Source: the human T2T-CHM13v2.0 reference genome, Homo sapiens
DNA length: 64,000 nt
Strand: one strand, 5' to 3'
Assembly (NCBI RefSeq): GCF_009914755.1
Contig: NC_060946.1
Shown: in pieces, positions 44,866 to 59,272 of the stretch
How positions within the stretch are numbered: position 1 is the first letter of the stretch
Layout of the letters: every line of letters begins with the position of its first letter
Made by a program: the position numbers and the translations under genes
The notes under the pieces: generated by a model
What the model was told of the DNA's origin: nothing
Database searches by the model: none
What the model saw: the letters and a program-made list of their open reading frames with translations, nothing else

Positions 44866-47004
44866 GTTTCTAGTCGTCTGATGTACTATCAAAAAACAAT
44901 GTCAACTGTATTTTATTTTCATGAAATACTAAGCAATAAAATTGGATTTTATTGTTTAAATGTTGCGACGAACTCTGGTACTTACACCAATACCAGAGGC
45001 AGCTTGGAAGGCAGCCACAGGGGTTAAGGGGAATTAATTTTGCTATAGAAAAACATAACTTATTTTAAATTTATAATGCAGGAGAAATGCCTTACATTTA
45101 AAAACACTCTGTCAAAAATTATTTAGAATGCTAAAGAAACAAATCTATGTTTTCAGTAAATTTCAATTAAGGCTAAAAGTTAAAAAAAAAGGTGGTAACT
45201 TTCCACCACCAATGACATGGGCTGTGGCTCATATCATTAATGATGATACAGCAAAATAAATGAAGGAGGACTTTACTTGCTTTGGGCTGTGAAGAAGCAA
45301 AGTATAATGACAGCCAAATGACATTAAACCCAAAAGAGAGGTGGAAACTATGTGATCTTCGAGCTTTGTGGAAAGTATTATAAACATGAAGAGAAGAATG
45401 AACAATTCAAACTCAGAAAAAAATTCTCTGTTTAATCCATTATGAAACCTAGACACATGTCAAAGCTTAGATGAGCTTAAATATTATTCTTTTCACCTAT
45501 TTCTGTCAATCATTAATATGTCACATCATCTAATTTTGTGTGTTGTACGCACATTTGAAATAAGTCTTCATTTCTCTTCCAAGTAAAATGAGTAAGTACA
45601 TAACAGAAAGAAGGCTGTACTCTGGCTTGATCTCCTTTGGTTGGAATTCACACCAGGAAATGACCTTTCAGAAACAAACACCCTGCACAGATGCAGCATA
45701 GCTCTCTTGAGAGTAATAATAAATCTGAAGTTGATCAGACTGCAACTGAGGAATATTTGAAACATTTGGGATGCTAACTGCAACCCTCTAAAATAATGTA
45801 AAGTGATGGACAGTATAAGGAGAGCCCAGTGTGTCATGTTCTAGGGAGACAGTTCTTGTCAGACCGAGATGTCTCAGGATTCTATCAACTGAGAAGTCAG
45901 TTCTGAGTTGAAAACTGCAGCAGAGTTGGCCTATGGTGGGAAAAGCATTCTGACTGGAGACAAGCAACCCAGAGACATGTGTGTCAGAGATGAAGTGGCA
46001 ATGTAGATAATGAGAAAAAAGCAGCAGAAAGAAGTATCTCAAAACCATAATTTTCTATCCAAGCATTTACATTAGTGAGTGGATATGGGGAAGAATTGAA
46101 GAGGGAAGGACAGGGCAGCGATGTAAGACAGTCCCTGAGGGAAGAAAAGTGAATACGCAAAAGAAAAGTGAATACGCAATGATCTAAGAACCAAAAAAGT
46201 AACAATATTCTGCTAATTGTCTAATAAATTCACAGTCTATATAATTCAATTTCCAATTTTGCATGGAAACTTCAAGAACTATCATCCTTTGAAATAAATG
46301 GAGTAATAAGCAATAATCAGTGCAATATTTACAACTCTTAAAAAATTTGTCATGAGGTTAGACAGATTTGATTGGTCTACTTTTAATATTTTAATCGCAT
46401 ACTTTTTTGAATTATGGGAAAAAACCAATGATCTAACACTGTATTCTAGTAAAATATCTGAGACAGGTTCTTACCATCTAGCTCACAAGTTTAATTATAA
46501 TTGGCCCAATATGAGCACTGCCAGATGGATTGGAAAGTGGCTCTGAGATCACATAGGAAAATGATCAAGCAAAACATGTCAAATGAGAGGAGGGTCTGCT
46601 GTATGTGCCAAGGTTGGTATGGGGTCTGAGTTTAACAAAATCCTTAAATGACAAGAAGATATTATCAGATAAATGGAATTCCCTTGAGATAAATAAAAGA
46701 AATTTTAAATGAAAAAAACAGTTATAGCAAAGTGGAGACTATCCCTTGGAGGCATGCAGGTAAGCAATTACAATTTTTAATAGACAAAAAAAAAATGTAG
46801 TACAGATTTAAGAGAAAAATCATGTTGTTAAATCAGAGTGAAACATATTTTCAATGTGACTAGAATTATAGTAAGATCATATTTGGAAATTAATAAAAAG
46901 AAATTCAAAAACAGATTCACTTAAAATAGACCGTAGTAATCAAAAGGTAAATATGATTTGAAACGTCCTTTTAGAGATAGAATAATGTACTGCTTGACAC
47001 TTTC

Positions 47005-47130
47005 CCAAATGCTTTCACATATATTATCCCTTGAGATGTACACAACAGTCCTCTGAGACAGGCAAAGTTCTATCCAATTTTACAAATAAGAAGCCTGAGG
47101 CTTTGAATGGGTACATAATGGATACACAGC
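47005..47130 (-). mobile_element. MIR
   Basis: gctttcacatatattatc..cacaacagtcctctgag..attttacaaataagaagcctgaggct. Confidence 0.7.
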
Positions 47131-48538
47131 AGGAACACAGAAAGACCGCCAGCAAACCTAAATTTGCTAACTGCTGTTCCAATGAGAGGAAAGGGATCAC
47201 ACCACTGTATAAAAAGCTTATGCTACTACAGTTGTACATCTTCCTTCAGTGCTTTATCAGGCATTTCAATCTCTCAAACTGGGCAAAACCCAAATAATGA
47301 TATAACTTATTTAAAAAGGCCAAACTAGTTTCATAAAATTTTTAAAATACTAAATGTATACGTTTTCTCCATTTTGCAACCTTCAATAAAAAGTTTCAGA
47401 ATGTGTTTATCTAAAAAAGGCATTGAACTTTCAGAAAAGCCCTAGAGTAAGAAAGCTTAAAGGCTTTCTTTTAAAGAGGCTCCAACATTTCGACATTAAA
47501 ATTGGAATTTTCCTAAAACTTTCCCTATCTATTCTATAAAAATTGCCTGATTTTTCTTTACACTGAACTCTAAAAAACACATTGGAGAAGCCAATCTCAT
47601 GGTTACAAGAAGTACATTCAAGAGTCTTATGCTCCCACCTCTGGTTCCATTAACTTCAGTGTACACTATCACAATATTCTATGGATTGCTTTGGGGTTTT
47701 TCTCCTTTACCCTTTGAAAGATTTCCTCTCACCAAAACCATGTATTAATTAAGAGGATATTAGAAGAAAATATCATACCCACACACAATTTCCTACATAA
47801 TTCTGAACAGTCTCAGAAGATACTGATCCTCCATGTGTCAATCTGATGTGATGGAAATTATTTCAATATCATGTGGTTACTACCTACTGAATACAATCTC
47901 CCCATCTCCATCCCTAAAGAACTTTATACTTTGCTAGTGACAAATCAGAGGAAGATTTACCAGGCTGTAAAATGGAACTTGTTGTTGTTGTTGTTGTTCT
48001 CCTAGAAATACTCTTTTCTTATGTCTATCAATCTTACTGCTTCAATAAAACATGACCCATTAGGGTGAGCTCCACCAACATGACTTGGCTAGTTTCGTCA
48101 CTCCAAGATTTTAGATTACCCTTACCAATCTTCACAACCCATTCGGGAAAGCATAGCACACAACACTGAAACAAAAAGCTCGATGACATAGTAACATACT
48201 CTGCAAAGAGACTGGGAACATTTAAACAAAACCACAAGACTATGGAGAAAACAAAGATTCAGAACTCCTATGATAAAACTTTATTACATTCATTTAATCA
48301 ACGAATATTCACTGAGTACTTCATCTCTATATAAAGAACATATTCATAGAAAATGCCACATCCATAGCATATCCATAATATTAATAACTTTCCATAAACA
48401 ATTTTGCAAGCGAGTTTCTTTTAGCACAGTTATTTTTTCCCAATTTAGACAGAGTTCAGAAACAGAGGTTTGCTTGCACAATTCCAATGAGAAGTATCTT
48501 ATGCTGACATGGACCTTAGGAAAAATAATAAAATCACT

Positions 48539-48731
48539 GTTGAGGCACGGTGACTCACACTTGTAATCCCATCACTTTGGGAGGCTGAGGTGGGAGGATG
48601 GCTTGAGCCTAGGGGTTTGAGACCAGCCTAGGCAAGAGTAATCCCAACACTTTGAGAGGCCAAAGTGGGAGGATCACATCAGCCCAGGAGTTGTAGCCAG
48701 CCTGAGAAACATAGCAAGACCCTGTCTCTAC

Positions 48732-48762
<31 letters not shown>

Positions 48763-48921
48763 CAGGTGTGATGATGCACACTTGCAGTCTCAGCTACTCG
48801 GGAGGCTGAAGCAGGAGGATTCCTTAAGCCCGGGAGTTCAAGACTACAGTGAGCTATGACCATATCACTGCACTCCAGCCTGGGCAACACAGTGAGACCC
48901 CCATCTCAAAAAAAGAAAAAA
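48539..48921 (+). mobile_element. AluJ with an internal duplication of the left arm
   Basis: gtaatccc...gcct..gcaa occurs twice (from 48563 and 48638); TSD aaatcactgt. Confidence 0.85.
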
Positions 48922-50344
48922 ACAAGGAAATCTGAAATCACTGTATTCTATGTTGGACAGACATTCTAAAAAGATAGACGACATATGGCTGACTTAGACG
49001 ACTCAGGAATTTACAAGGTTTAGATTTTATCTACCTACCAAACACTGTGGTAGACATGTTCACATAGTTTTATTACCAAGGCATATGCACATGCATTTTC
49101 ATTACATTAGTAAGTTACAATACCCCAAGTCAAGCAGTCAAGCTTCCTGACAGAAAAATGGCACATTTAATTACTAATCTACATATCAGGCAAAGCTTTG
49201 GAAACCCTAATAGCTCTGAGCCTAAATCTTCAAGTCCTCCCAATACATAGATGAGGGCCACTGTATGAGTCTAAACCCAGAAATCAAAAGCCAGCAATTA
49301 CTGTGGCTTTGAAAATATTAGCCATCTCTTGCTCTGAACAGTACACTACTCTTTGGTTTCTCTAAAATACAGCCAACTTCTTATGGCACTCCCAATGCAT
49401 TAAAAGACAGATCTTTTACCTTTTGTCTGACTGTAACTAAGAAAACCCAGTTTTAAATAAAGTACAAGTATAACCTACAATGGAGGCAATCTCTCAAGAT
49501 TTAAGCAAAGAAGAATTAAGAGGGAAAACCTTGAGAAGACAGTAATTGGGCCATTGGAGTTTCTTCTCACTAATTATCCCAGAGTGGCCATTAGCTATGT
49601 AACCAAGGAGGAAAGTGTGTCAGACTTCAGCAAAGCTGTGTCTTCAGCATCTTATGGAATGTACCCTAAAGCCACTGTGTAATTAACTGCCAGGAAAATG
49701 CTGAGCAAGTAGAATAAAAAAGCTATAACAAATCAAATATACTGCACAGTTCAACCCCCAATGACGGCAGTTGAACTGCTTAGAACTTCAAAATACTCAA
49801 TCAGCATGCATTCCCTTTTCAGAATCTCTAGAAATTAGATTTTTTGAAGAAGCAAAAATACATGCTACAAAAAACGCTTAAACTTACATAAATTCTCAGC
49901 AATATGACTTGCTTTATCTAACTGCCCTTAATAATGGTATAGGAACTTAGCAATCAGTGATGCTCAAAGTGTGGGTCACAAAGAACCTGCAGGGCTTTTC
50001 TAAAAGAGCTTCATATACTGACTGGAGTCAAACATAGAACAGACAAAAAAAGAGGCACACAGAGAGAAAGAGTCTCTTAAAGGAATTTATTGTGTAGTAC
50101 TCTCCAATATAACCTTGAGATTTTTTTAGTATATTTTTATCTATTTAACAAATATTTATTAAATATTGAGCACCTATGTGCCTATTATTAGCTAACAACA
50201 AACATCAATACCACTTGAACACTGAAATTTCAAGGATCAAATAACTAAACATAGACTGAAACATGTCCATTTGCTTTGAATTTGGAAGTGGGAAAATCAG
50301 AAGAAGAAAGGTATTTTTGTGTAAACAATGAAAGCTCATGCAGA

Positions 50345-50505
50345 AGGTTATCTTCCAAACCTGGCTGAACAAAATCAAAGAGCTTAAAATCAGAATCTGG
50401 AGCCCTACTCAAGATTTACTGAGACAGACTCTGTAGGAGCAGAGTCTGGAAATGTGTATTTTTTAAAGATCCCTAGGCCTAGATTATTATAATGACCAGA
50501 CAGTT
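50345..50505. mobile_element. MER5A-like fragment
   Basis: tactgagacagactctgtaggag..ggaaatgtgtattttttaaagatccctagg. Confidence 0.55.
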
Positions 50506-50639
50506 TAAGAATTAACATTTTGTTGAATCTACTGTCACTCTGAAGAACCTAAGAGCCAAAGAACCCCTATTACATAAGGAATCATAACTAAGAATCCTGT
50601 ATAACTCTCTGAAACTGCAATTTCTCACTCTGTCAATAT

Positions 50640-50945
50640 TTCCTCCATATCTACTTGTTAAAATTCTATCCATTTTTCATGACAAATTAAGATACTATCT
50701 TTTCCAAGAAGTCTTCTCTGATTCCTCAAGCAGGAATTGTTCCCTCCTCCATGTTCTACAGTACTTTATAATATGCTTCTCATATTCTGCCTTGTATTAC
50801 ACTAGGTTGCTTGCATTGATCATCTGATAAGAAGTTAACCTCTTTAATAAATAAAACCTCTCCTATGTAAATATCTGTATCCATTCCAGCCCTAATTCCT
50901 TGCCCAAAGTAGATGGTTCATTCATACTTGTTTAATTGAACTAAA
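50640..50945 (+). mobile_element. L2 fragment
   Basis: aaattctatccatt..ttccaagaagtcttctctgatt..ttgtttaattgaa. Confidence 0.5.
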
Positions 50946-51429
50946 TTTACATACCAAAAGAGAACTTTAGTATTTTCTTACTGAGGGCATTATTAACAAA
51001 CTGCTGATTTAGAACTCTTGCTGAAAGCATATGATGCTAAACAGCCTATCGACAATCTAAATAAGAAAACAAACACCTTTGAGGCATGGTATGTCTACAT
51101 GCTAATTAAACTAGAGCGCTCAATTATGAGCAAACTGATCATGACAAAAGAAACTATTTCACTTTAAATAAAAATCTCAGAATCATATTCTAAGTACAAG
51201 ACTATATAGTTTCTCTTTGTTTTACTTCTTCCAAGTAACATAAATAGCTAGATACCTGAGAATGCTATTTTCCCAACAGAGGCTCTAAAATGAGACTAAG
51301 ACTCACTGCTTCTCAAGAAAAAGGGCTACAGATGATTGTAAATAAAAGGAAAAGATCTTGAAATCCATATTACAGGGTATTAATTCACAGATTTATCGGA
51401 AGTTAAACAATTGAGTTACCAATCTTATC

Positions 51430-51610
51430 ATGAAAGGCTGATTTTTTTCCTATGCAGCAAGTTTGATTTTGAAAAGTTACATTTTTGATTGCTTGGCAGC
51501 TGCTACCAGTGTTTGTACAGCCCTTGTCATCACCCCAGATGACTGCTGATTGACAGAACTAATAGACTTTGTTTTAATTATAAAAGAAGACAGATGAAAG
51601 CTTTTGGCTG
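51430..51610. promoter_or_regulatory. Candidate enhancer with a PBX-MEIS/PREP decamer
   Basis: TGATTGACAG at 51547-51556; E-boxes CAGCTG and CAGATG nearby. Confidence 0.35.
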
Positions 51611-52019
51611 GATGACTAAATGTTCATCTTGAGTAATAAACACGCCTATTTCTCTACCTCTGTATAAAAAATCTACTTTAAATTCACAATTTGATAACTA
51701 GGGCTGCAGTAAAAAAAGAATTAGTATAATACAAAAGTCCAAGCATATCTCTTTGAAAAATAGTTTCATTTTTCTGACTTTAATACCAATGAAAAATTAC
51801 TAAACACAAATGCCACTTGAAACTTAAGTACTTTTCTAGTAGTTTCTCTTCTCTGTGGCTACAATAATTCTCAAAAACACACTTAAAGAGAGAGACCATG
51901 TAAGCTTTAACTCTTTGACCTTTTGTTTCTTTTTTCTCAAGCAGTTGAAAGAAAGCAATCCTAATTCTGCCTTTGTAGCCATAAAACTAAAAAATGCAAA
52001 AAAAAAAAAAAAAAAGGTG

Positions 52020-52332
52020 TTTTTTTTGTTGTTGTTGTTGTTGTTTTGAGACAGAGTCTCGTTCTGTCGCCCAGGGTGGAGTGCAGTGGCACGCAATCTC
52101 AGCTCACTGCAACCTCCACCTCCTGGATTCAAGTGATTCTCGTGCCTCTGCCTCCCGAGTAGCTGGGATTACAGGTGTGCACTACCACGCCCAGCTAATT
52201 TTTGTATTTTTTAATAGAGATGGGGATTCACCATGTTGGCCAGGCTGGTCTCGAACTCCTGACCTCAGGTGATCCGCCTGCCTTGGCCTCCAAAAGTGCT
52301 GCGATTACAGGTGTGAGCCATTGCACCCAGCC
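52020..52332 (-). mobile_element. AluSx with (TTG)n tail
   Basis: Flanking aaatgcaaaa repeats. Confidence 0.95.
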
Positions 52333-53097
52333 AGAAATGCAAAATTTTAAACACTATTTTAGCTGAGACACACTTGGAAAACTGATGTCTTCCCTCTTTT
52401 TGCAATATTTTATATTAACTAGTACATATTCATCCAAAAAGTATCATAATTATGAGTGATCTAATAAAATGGTCTTTCCCTCAAAATGATAAAAGCAAAA
52501 ATACCTTATTCTGCTATAGAGTTGCAACCTGTAGAGACTGATAACTAACATGGACCCAAATTGTGCTCCCATACTTTAAGTATTTCTTTCTACCTCTTTC
52601 CTTTTATCATGGTTCAGCTAACTACAGAAAAGGAATCTAATGTACAGTACCCAATTCTGTTCTATCTTTATATGCATACATCCAAAGGCACGCGTAACAG
52701 ATACCTTGTATTTCAAAATTAAACAAATAAAACCACAACGCTGGAAAACTGATTTGTCTCAATCTTGGAAAAAACAAATAACAAAGTGAAATCTTTACAA
52801 AGAATTGTTCTGATTCCATTTATATGGTAATTAATTGACTTTTTGAAAAAAATTACAAATCATTGTATCATCAAAAGAAACCAGAGCCCCCAAAAAGGTA
52901 TATCACATTTCTCTGATGACTAATGAGACTGGAATGTTGTCTTTCCATATATGTATTAGTAATAATTATCAATTAATGGATAATTATCTATTTAAAGATG
53001 AAGTTACCATTTATAGAAGAATTGATGAAATTTTGTGACTGTTTAAGACATTTAACAAAATGTCAATAACTGCTGCTTCGGATCAAGAAGAGTCATG

Positions 53098-53404
<307 letters not shown>

Positions 53405-53805
53405 TCAGGAAAAAAAAACAAAAAGTAAGAAATATAAGCTTCGAACAGATTTGATGGGGATGTTATGGTCTTCAGTGCATTTCTCTTTTAAAAAATTCCA
53501 GTGATAATTGTTAAAATGAAAGGAGAGGAGTAAATGAATATAAGTATCTCTGCTAAATCAGCAGAGCACAAAATGTTATACTCAACACAATAAAAGCAAC
53601 AGTGTTCAAAACAGTGTCCATGTTCAAAAACATGGAAAGAAGGCTGTCTTCCTCTCACTTTATACTTGAATGGTTTCCCTGCTAAATGGCTTTGACAAGG
53701 AGTAAGGGATTCTATATATAAATGGGCATATGTATGAATGGCTTTTTTGAACCTACATAACGCAATACCACAAACACTCTGATCTTGTCATCTTGTCACT
53801 TGTGA

Positions 53806-54176
<371 letters not shown>

Positions 54177-54542
54177 AAATAAGTTAATTTTTATTCATAC
54201 CTCTATAAGAAGTTTAAAAGCATTTTAAAAATCAGATGAATTTCTTATTTTGCATACACCAAAAGCCTAACTTTTATTTTAAAAATTAATGATATATTTT
54301 AAAATACGTATTGTTAACATTATCAATAATTCCTAACAATCAATGGATGGTATAAATTGCCATCTTCTTATTTCCAGTCACCTACTTCTTCACTTAAAAT
54401 AGTGAAAGCAGAGTTTGGTTTTTTAATGAAGAAATACAGATAATACATACCATGTATCTGTCATGTAAAAGTTTTTAGATTAACAGTCAAAAACTACTGT
54501 AGATTCTTGACATTCCTAAAGATCTCTGGACAATTCTAAATC

Positions 54543-54870
54543 CCTGGGCACCGTGGCTCACACTCATAATCCCAGCACTTTGGGAGGCCGAGGCAGGCAG
54601 ATCACGAAGTCAGGAGTTCGAGACCAGCCTAACCAACATGGTGAAACCCCGTCTCTACTAAAAATATAAAAATTAGCCAGGTGTGTTGCCACGTGCCTGT
54701 AATACCAGCTGCTCAGGAGGCTGAGGCAGGAGGATTGCTTGAACCCAGGAGGCAGAGGTTGCAGTGAGCCAAGATTGCACCACTGCACTCCAGCCTGGGC
54801 GACAGAGCGAGACTCCGTATCAGAAAAAAAGAAAAAAGAAAAAAGAAAACAACAACAACAACAAAAACAA
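54543..54870 (+). mobile_element. AluS (Sg-like)
   Basis: Full dimer with compound A tail. Confidence 0.93.
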
Positions 54871-55529
54871 ATTTGCAAATGATACTACAGCACATAGCTT
54901 TCCCCACAAAATTCAGTAAAGTATGATAAAATTTTAAGTAATCCGTTTCAGCCCTCTATAGTTCTATAATACTACTGGACTAAAGTAATTTATAATGCCA
55001 CTAAAATAAATCTGGGCATGCAAATAAACTCTAAAGTCCATTAAGTTGCATCATTACAGTAGTTACATTAACCTTACCTGCCTGTGCAAAATCAGAGCAA
55101 TGCTTCCAAGTCCTGATGACAGTCACTGTATAGCACACAGGCCATTATGACAAAGAGGAGGATGATGGGTGGTGCACAGCAGGCAGAAGTTGGATTACAC
55201 TAGCAGTAATCCAAATGTGGGCATAGTTATAAAATGGTTTGATATGAGGTTGCTGGGGAGCCAGCTATGTTCACTCATTAAACAACTTACAGTGTATGCT
55301 TCAGCAAAATCACAAATTTTGGGATCACTAGAGCAATTTAAATCTTGAATGCTACATCTGCAAAGGCCAAAATTTTTTAAACCACTCAACTCATATGAAT
55401 TAACCTGATGAAATAACTTGGAAAAATACCTGCACATAGAAAGGTACTATAAAGACCCAGGAAATACATTTTCCTGATTTATCATTTTTGGTACTATTTA
55501 CATCAAGGAATACAGGAAATTAGGCTCTT

Positions 55530-55609
55530 TGTTTTCTAGGTAATTCCAGTATAATTGGCAAATAGAAATTGTATATATTTAGGGTATACAACTTGATGTT
55601 TTGATATAC
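55530..55609 (-). mobile_element. ~80 bp L1MA-type 3' end
   Basis: aattgtatatatttagggtatacaacttgatgttttgatatac; TSD aaattaggctctt at 55517-55529 and 55610-55622. Confidence 0.8.
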
Positions 55610-56769
55610 AAATTAGGCTCTTAATAATTACTTGCCCATAACACTTTACACTCCCACAATAAACAAACAAATAAGTAAATAAATAAATGTGTTCTATTGT
55701 TTCATACCTTCATGCCTTTGTCTATGGTAATGCCCTGCCTGAAACAAAACCCTCTACTCCTCTCCATGGGACAAATTCCCACTCCTCCCTCAAGCATGGG
55801 AAACCTTCTCTACTTCCTTCAGGTTCTTTTCTCAGTGTTCTCAAGATTTTTACTACATACTTCTATTAGAATACTTGGAACATTGTATTATAATTAAATA
55901 TTAATATATGTTTCCTAACTATACTCTGACAGAGATGATGCCTTTTTAGGTCCTTTTGAGGTATTATCTCTTTATCCAAGTCATAGTATAAATATAATAA
56001 CAGCTTCCTTTGAATACAGTACCAGGTAAAAGCATCTCATACCTAATTCTGTGCTAGCGTCATAGCTGTTTCCAGTAAAGTTCTTACTATTTGGCTTCGA
56101 TATGAGGTCATTTCTCACCTCTGGGCTTTATTATACCAAACTATAACCACATTTAGTCAAACATTTAGATCTTTGCTAATTTCCAGTTAGCCCCTATCCA
56201 TATGTTCCTGTTTCACAAACCTCCTGGATTACATCAGTCAGGAATAGCTGCTGGCAGCTGTTTGCCATTCAATTTTGCTACCACTAAAGCATGTGAATAT
56301 TTCATTGTTTAGGCATTGTAGAGACTCTCAGCAAACATTTACTCTGGGTTCTTGGATTAGAAGAACATTTGTGGTAGGCAAAAGGTAAATAATAAACCAC
56401 AATGCTACTCAACCAGTGACCTAAAAGCCTTTTGACATTTGACTCTATTGCTTACTAAGTCACTGTACATATAAATAAAGATCCAATCCTTTGTTTCTAC
56501 TACAAATTTACATTTCTAAAACACAGTTCTTTAGTTATTTGGTTTATTTAATATAAGCTAAAGTAAGGCACAATAGTTCAGTGGCTTGCAAACTAACATA
56601 AAAAGTATCAGAATATGAATTAATCTGTTGCTGACGTACTAAATACAGCTGGATGTGTCATTTAATGTAACCTGTCAGAACTCTGTTTTCCTCCAATACA
56701 AGCCTATTATACAAATGTCAAATGATGGACCAATATCCAAGAATCTTCAGTTCTGCATGTGTCAGAAAC

Positions 56770-57200
56770 AAAAACAAATATATTCCAAGGCACTGGCTAA
56801 ATGCCTTTTACAAGTCAGGCACTATGTTGGGCATATGAGAGAAGATGAATAAGTGCCCATTACTGTGTCCTTCAGGGGTTTAAGATCAAGTGGCAGAAAC
56901 CAATATAAACAAGCAAAAGGAATGCACGATTCGCTCCTTGAAGACAGGGATAGAGTCTTACTCATCAGTACCCTCTCTGATATATTGAATGGCTGATACA
57001 TTGTGTGTAATGAAAACATGTTGAATCAATAAACCAATGGATTCATTGATCAAGTGATCAAACTGCAATAATTGCTCTAATGAAGGTAAAAATGGTGCAA
57101 TTAAAGAAGAGATTAATTCCAACTTGGTGAATCTAGGAGAGCCTCACCGTGAAGAGGCTTGGGCAAGGCCTTGAAGAATGAGTTCAACTTGGGCAAGCTG
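56770..57200 (-). mobile_element. L2 fragments
   Basis: caggcactatgttggg..gatgaataag..gtccttcagggg; ggccttgaagaatgagt. Confidence 0.55.
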
Positions 57201-57360
57201 CGATGGAATGAGGGACTTTGGGAACAGAGTAAGGGCAACTCTTCTGCCCTACAATAGGGCCCAACAATATCTCTTCAGTCTTGCTCTCCCTCGAGGTCCA
57301 TTTACTTTGATAGTGGCTGTCATCATCTCACTAGCAGCTAGCTTCCCTCAACAAAATTTT

Positions 57361-57674
<314 letters not shown>

Positions 57675-58802
57675 ATTCAAAAGGCACTTAGTAAATATTT
57701 GTTCAATGAATGGCCCAACCTAGTGGGGGTGGAAAACAACAACAAAACCTTCCTTTGGTTATCTTCAGTACAGCTGGTAACATTTTCAAAAAGACTTAAA
57801 ATGCCAAGGTTAACAAAACTAAACAATATTTAAACACACACAAAGTCAGGCTTACATAGTCCATTTTCTGAATCTATCTTTATATAGTTTAGTTGGTTTG
57901 CTCAGGAGTTGGATTAGACCATTCTAAATTCCTAAAATAGTTACATTCTAACCCCAAGAGATCTATCTGTACAGCTTCCCAAGTTTCTTACTTCCTAGTT
58001 CCTAAGGAACTAGGAATAAGGGAACCACTCGGTGATCCACCATGTAAGAGCTAACTAGTCTATTTTGACAAGACTTAGATCCTGCTCTTTCCCCCTCAGT
58101 ATTCCTCTTCTTACCTAAGCTACTTGGCAAGACAAGGGCTGAGAGACTCAACGACCTTCCTTGACCTCCCCTCTAATCAAGTTCAGAAATGGCCTTTTGT
58201 TTCCCCATTAGAGGTCCAAAAGAATAACAGTACCCCATTAAAAAAGTAACCAAGCAAAAATCCATACTTTCATTCAATACCTAGAGATATTCTACTACAG
58301 TTCACACTATCACAGGCAGCATCTCACTTAGAGATTCTTTTCATACCACCTCAAACTTATCTGCCCTTCAACAGTCAGGAAGGAAAAATGCTTTCCCAAT
58401 TGTGAAATTCACCAAGGGAACTATGCTCTCTTATCTAACTTTATATTGTTAAAAACGTTAGTCCTTTAATAATAAAGTGAAACCTACAGATAACATTTTT
58501 CAGGAAAAACAGTAATGTTCTAAGCACTGTAAAAAATTAAATGTGAGAAAAATACTTTGCCACTTAACAATATTGTCATGTCTCTGGGGAAATATTAAAT
58601 TCAGAAACCTGATAAATGGATTTTACTATGTCACATTTTAGTAACATTTTATAATTTTACAAGATATATTTTCTTTTTACCTTTCTGCTGCTATCAATAT
58701 TTTTCTCTTAACATCTTTCTATTCCTATAGTCTTCTCATTTTATTTACTTCTCTTGCCTCCTTTCTTTCTTTCCAACTAATTTCAACTGTAAGAGGAAAA
58801 AA

Positions 58803-59091
58803 GGCCGAGCGCGGTGGCTCACGCCTGTAATCCCAGCACTTTGGGAGGCCGAGGAGGGCAGATCACCTGAGGTCAGTTCGACACCAACCTGCCTAACATG
58901 GCGAAACCCCGTCTCTACTAAACATACAAAAAATTAGCCGGGTTTGGAGGCGGGCGCCTGTAATCCCAGCTACTTCGGAAGCACTGAGGCAGGAGAATCG
59001 CTGAACCGAGGAGGCGGAGCTTGCAGTGAGCAGAGATCGCGCCACCGCACTCTAGCCTGGGCGACAAGAATGAAACTCCGTCTCAAAAAAA
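58803..59091 (+). mobile_element. AluSq-like, CpG-rich
   Basis: gcgacaagaatgaaactccgtctc; TSD aagaggaaaa. Confidence 0.9.
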
Positions 59092-59212
59092 GAGGAAAAG
59101 AATATTTCCATATTGATTATGTGTATAAATTATTATATCTAATCCAAAAACAAAGGTATGTTAAGAAAGCAATTCCCCAAATACAAATGTTTATGTTATC
59201 AAAAAAAAAAAG

Positions 59213-59272
59213 AAGTCGAATTCAGGTAAATTAAAGTCAAATTCAGGTAAATTAAGTCGAATAAAGGTAAAG
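59213..59272. repeat. ~20 bp tandem repeat, 3 copies
   Basis: aagtcgaattcaggtaaatta / aagtcaaattcaggtaaatt / aagtcgaataaaggtaaag. Confidence 0.85.

Noticed and set aside
53751-53795. 5S rRNA pseudogene fragment
   Set aside because: Only patchy similarity (ataccac..gatcttgtc) that needs several gaps; no tail or TSD.
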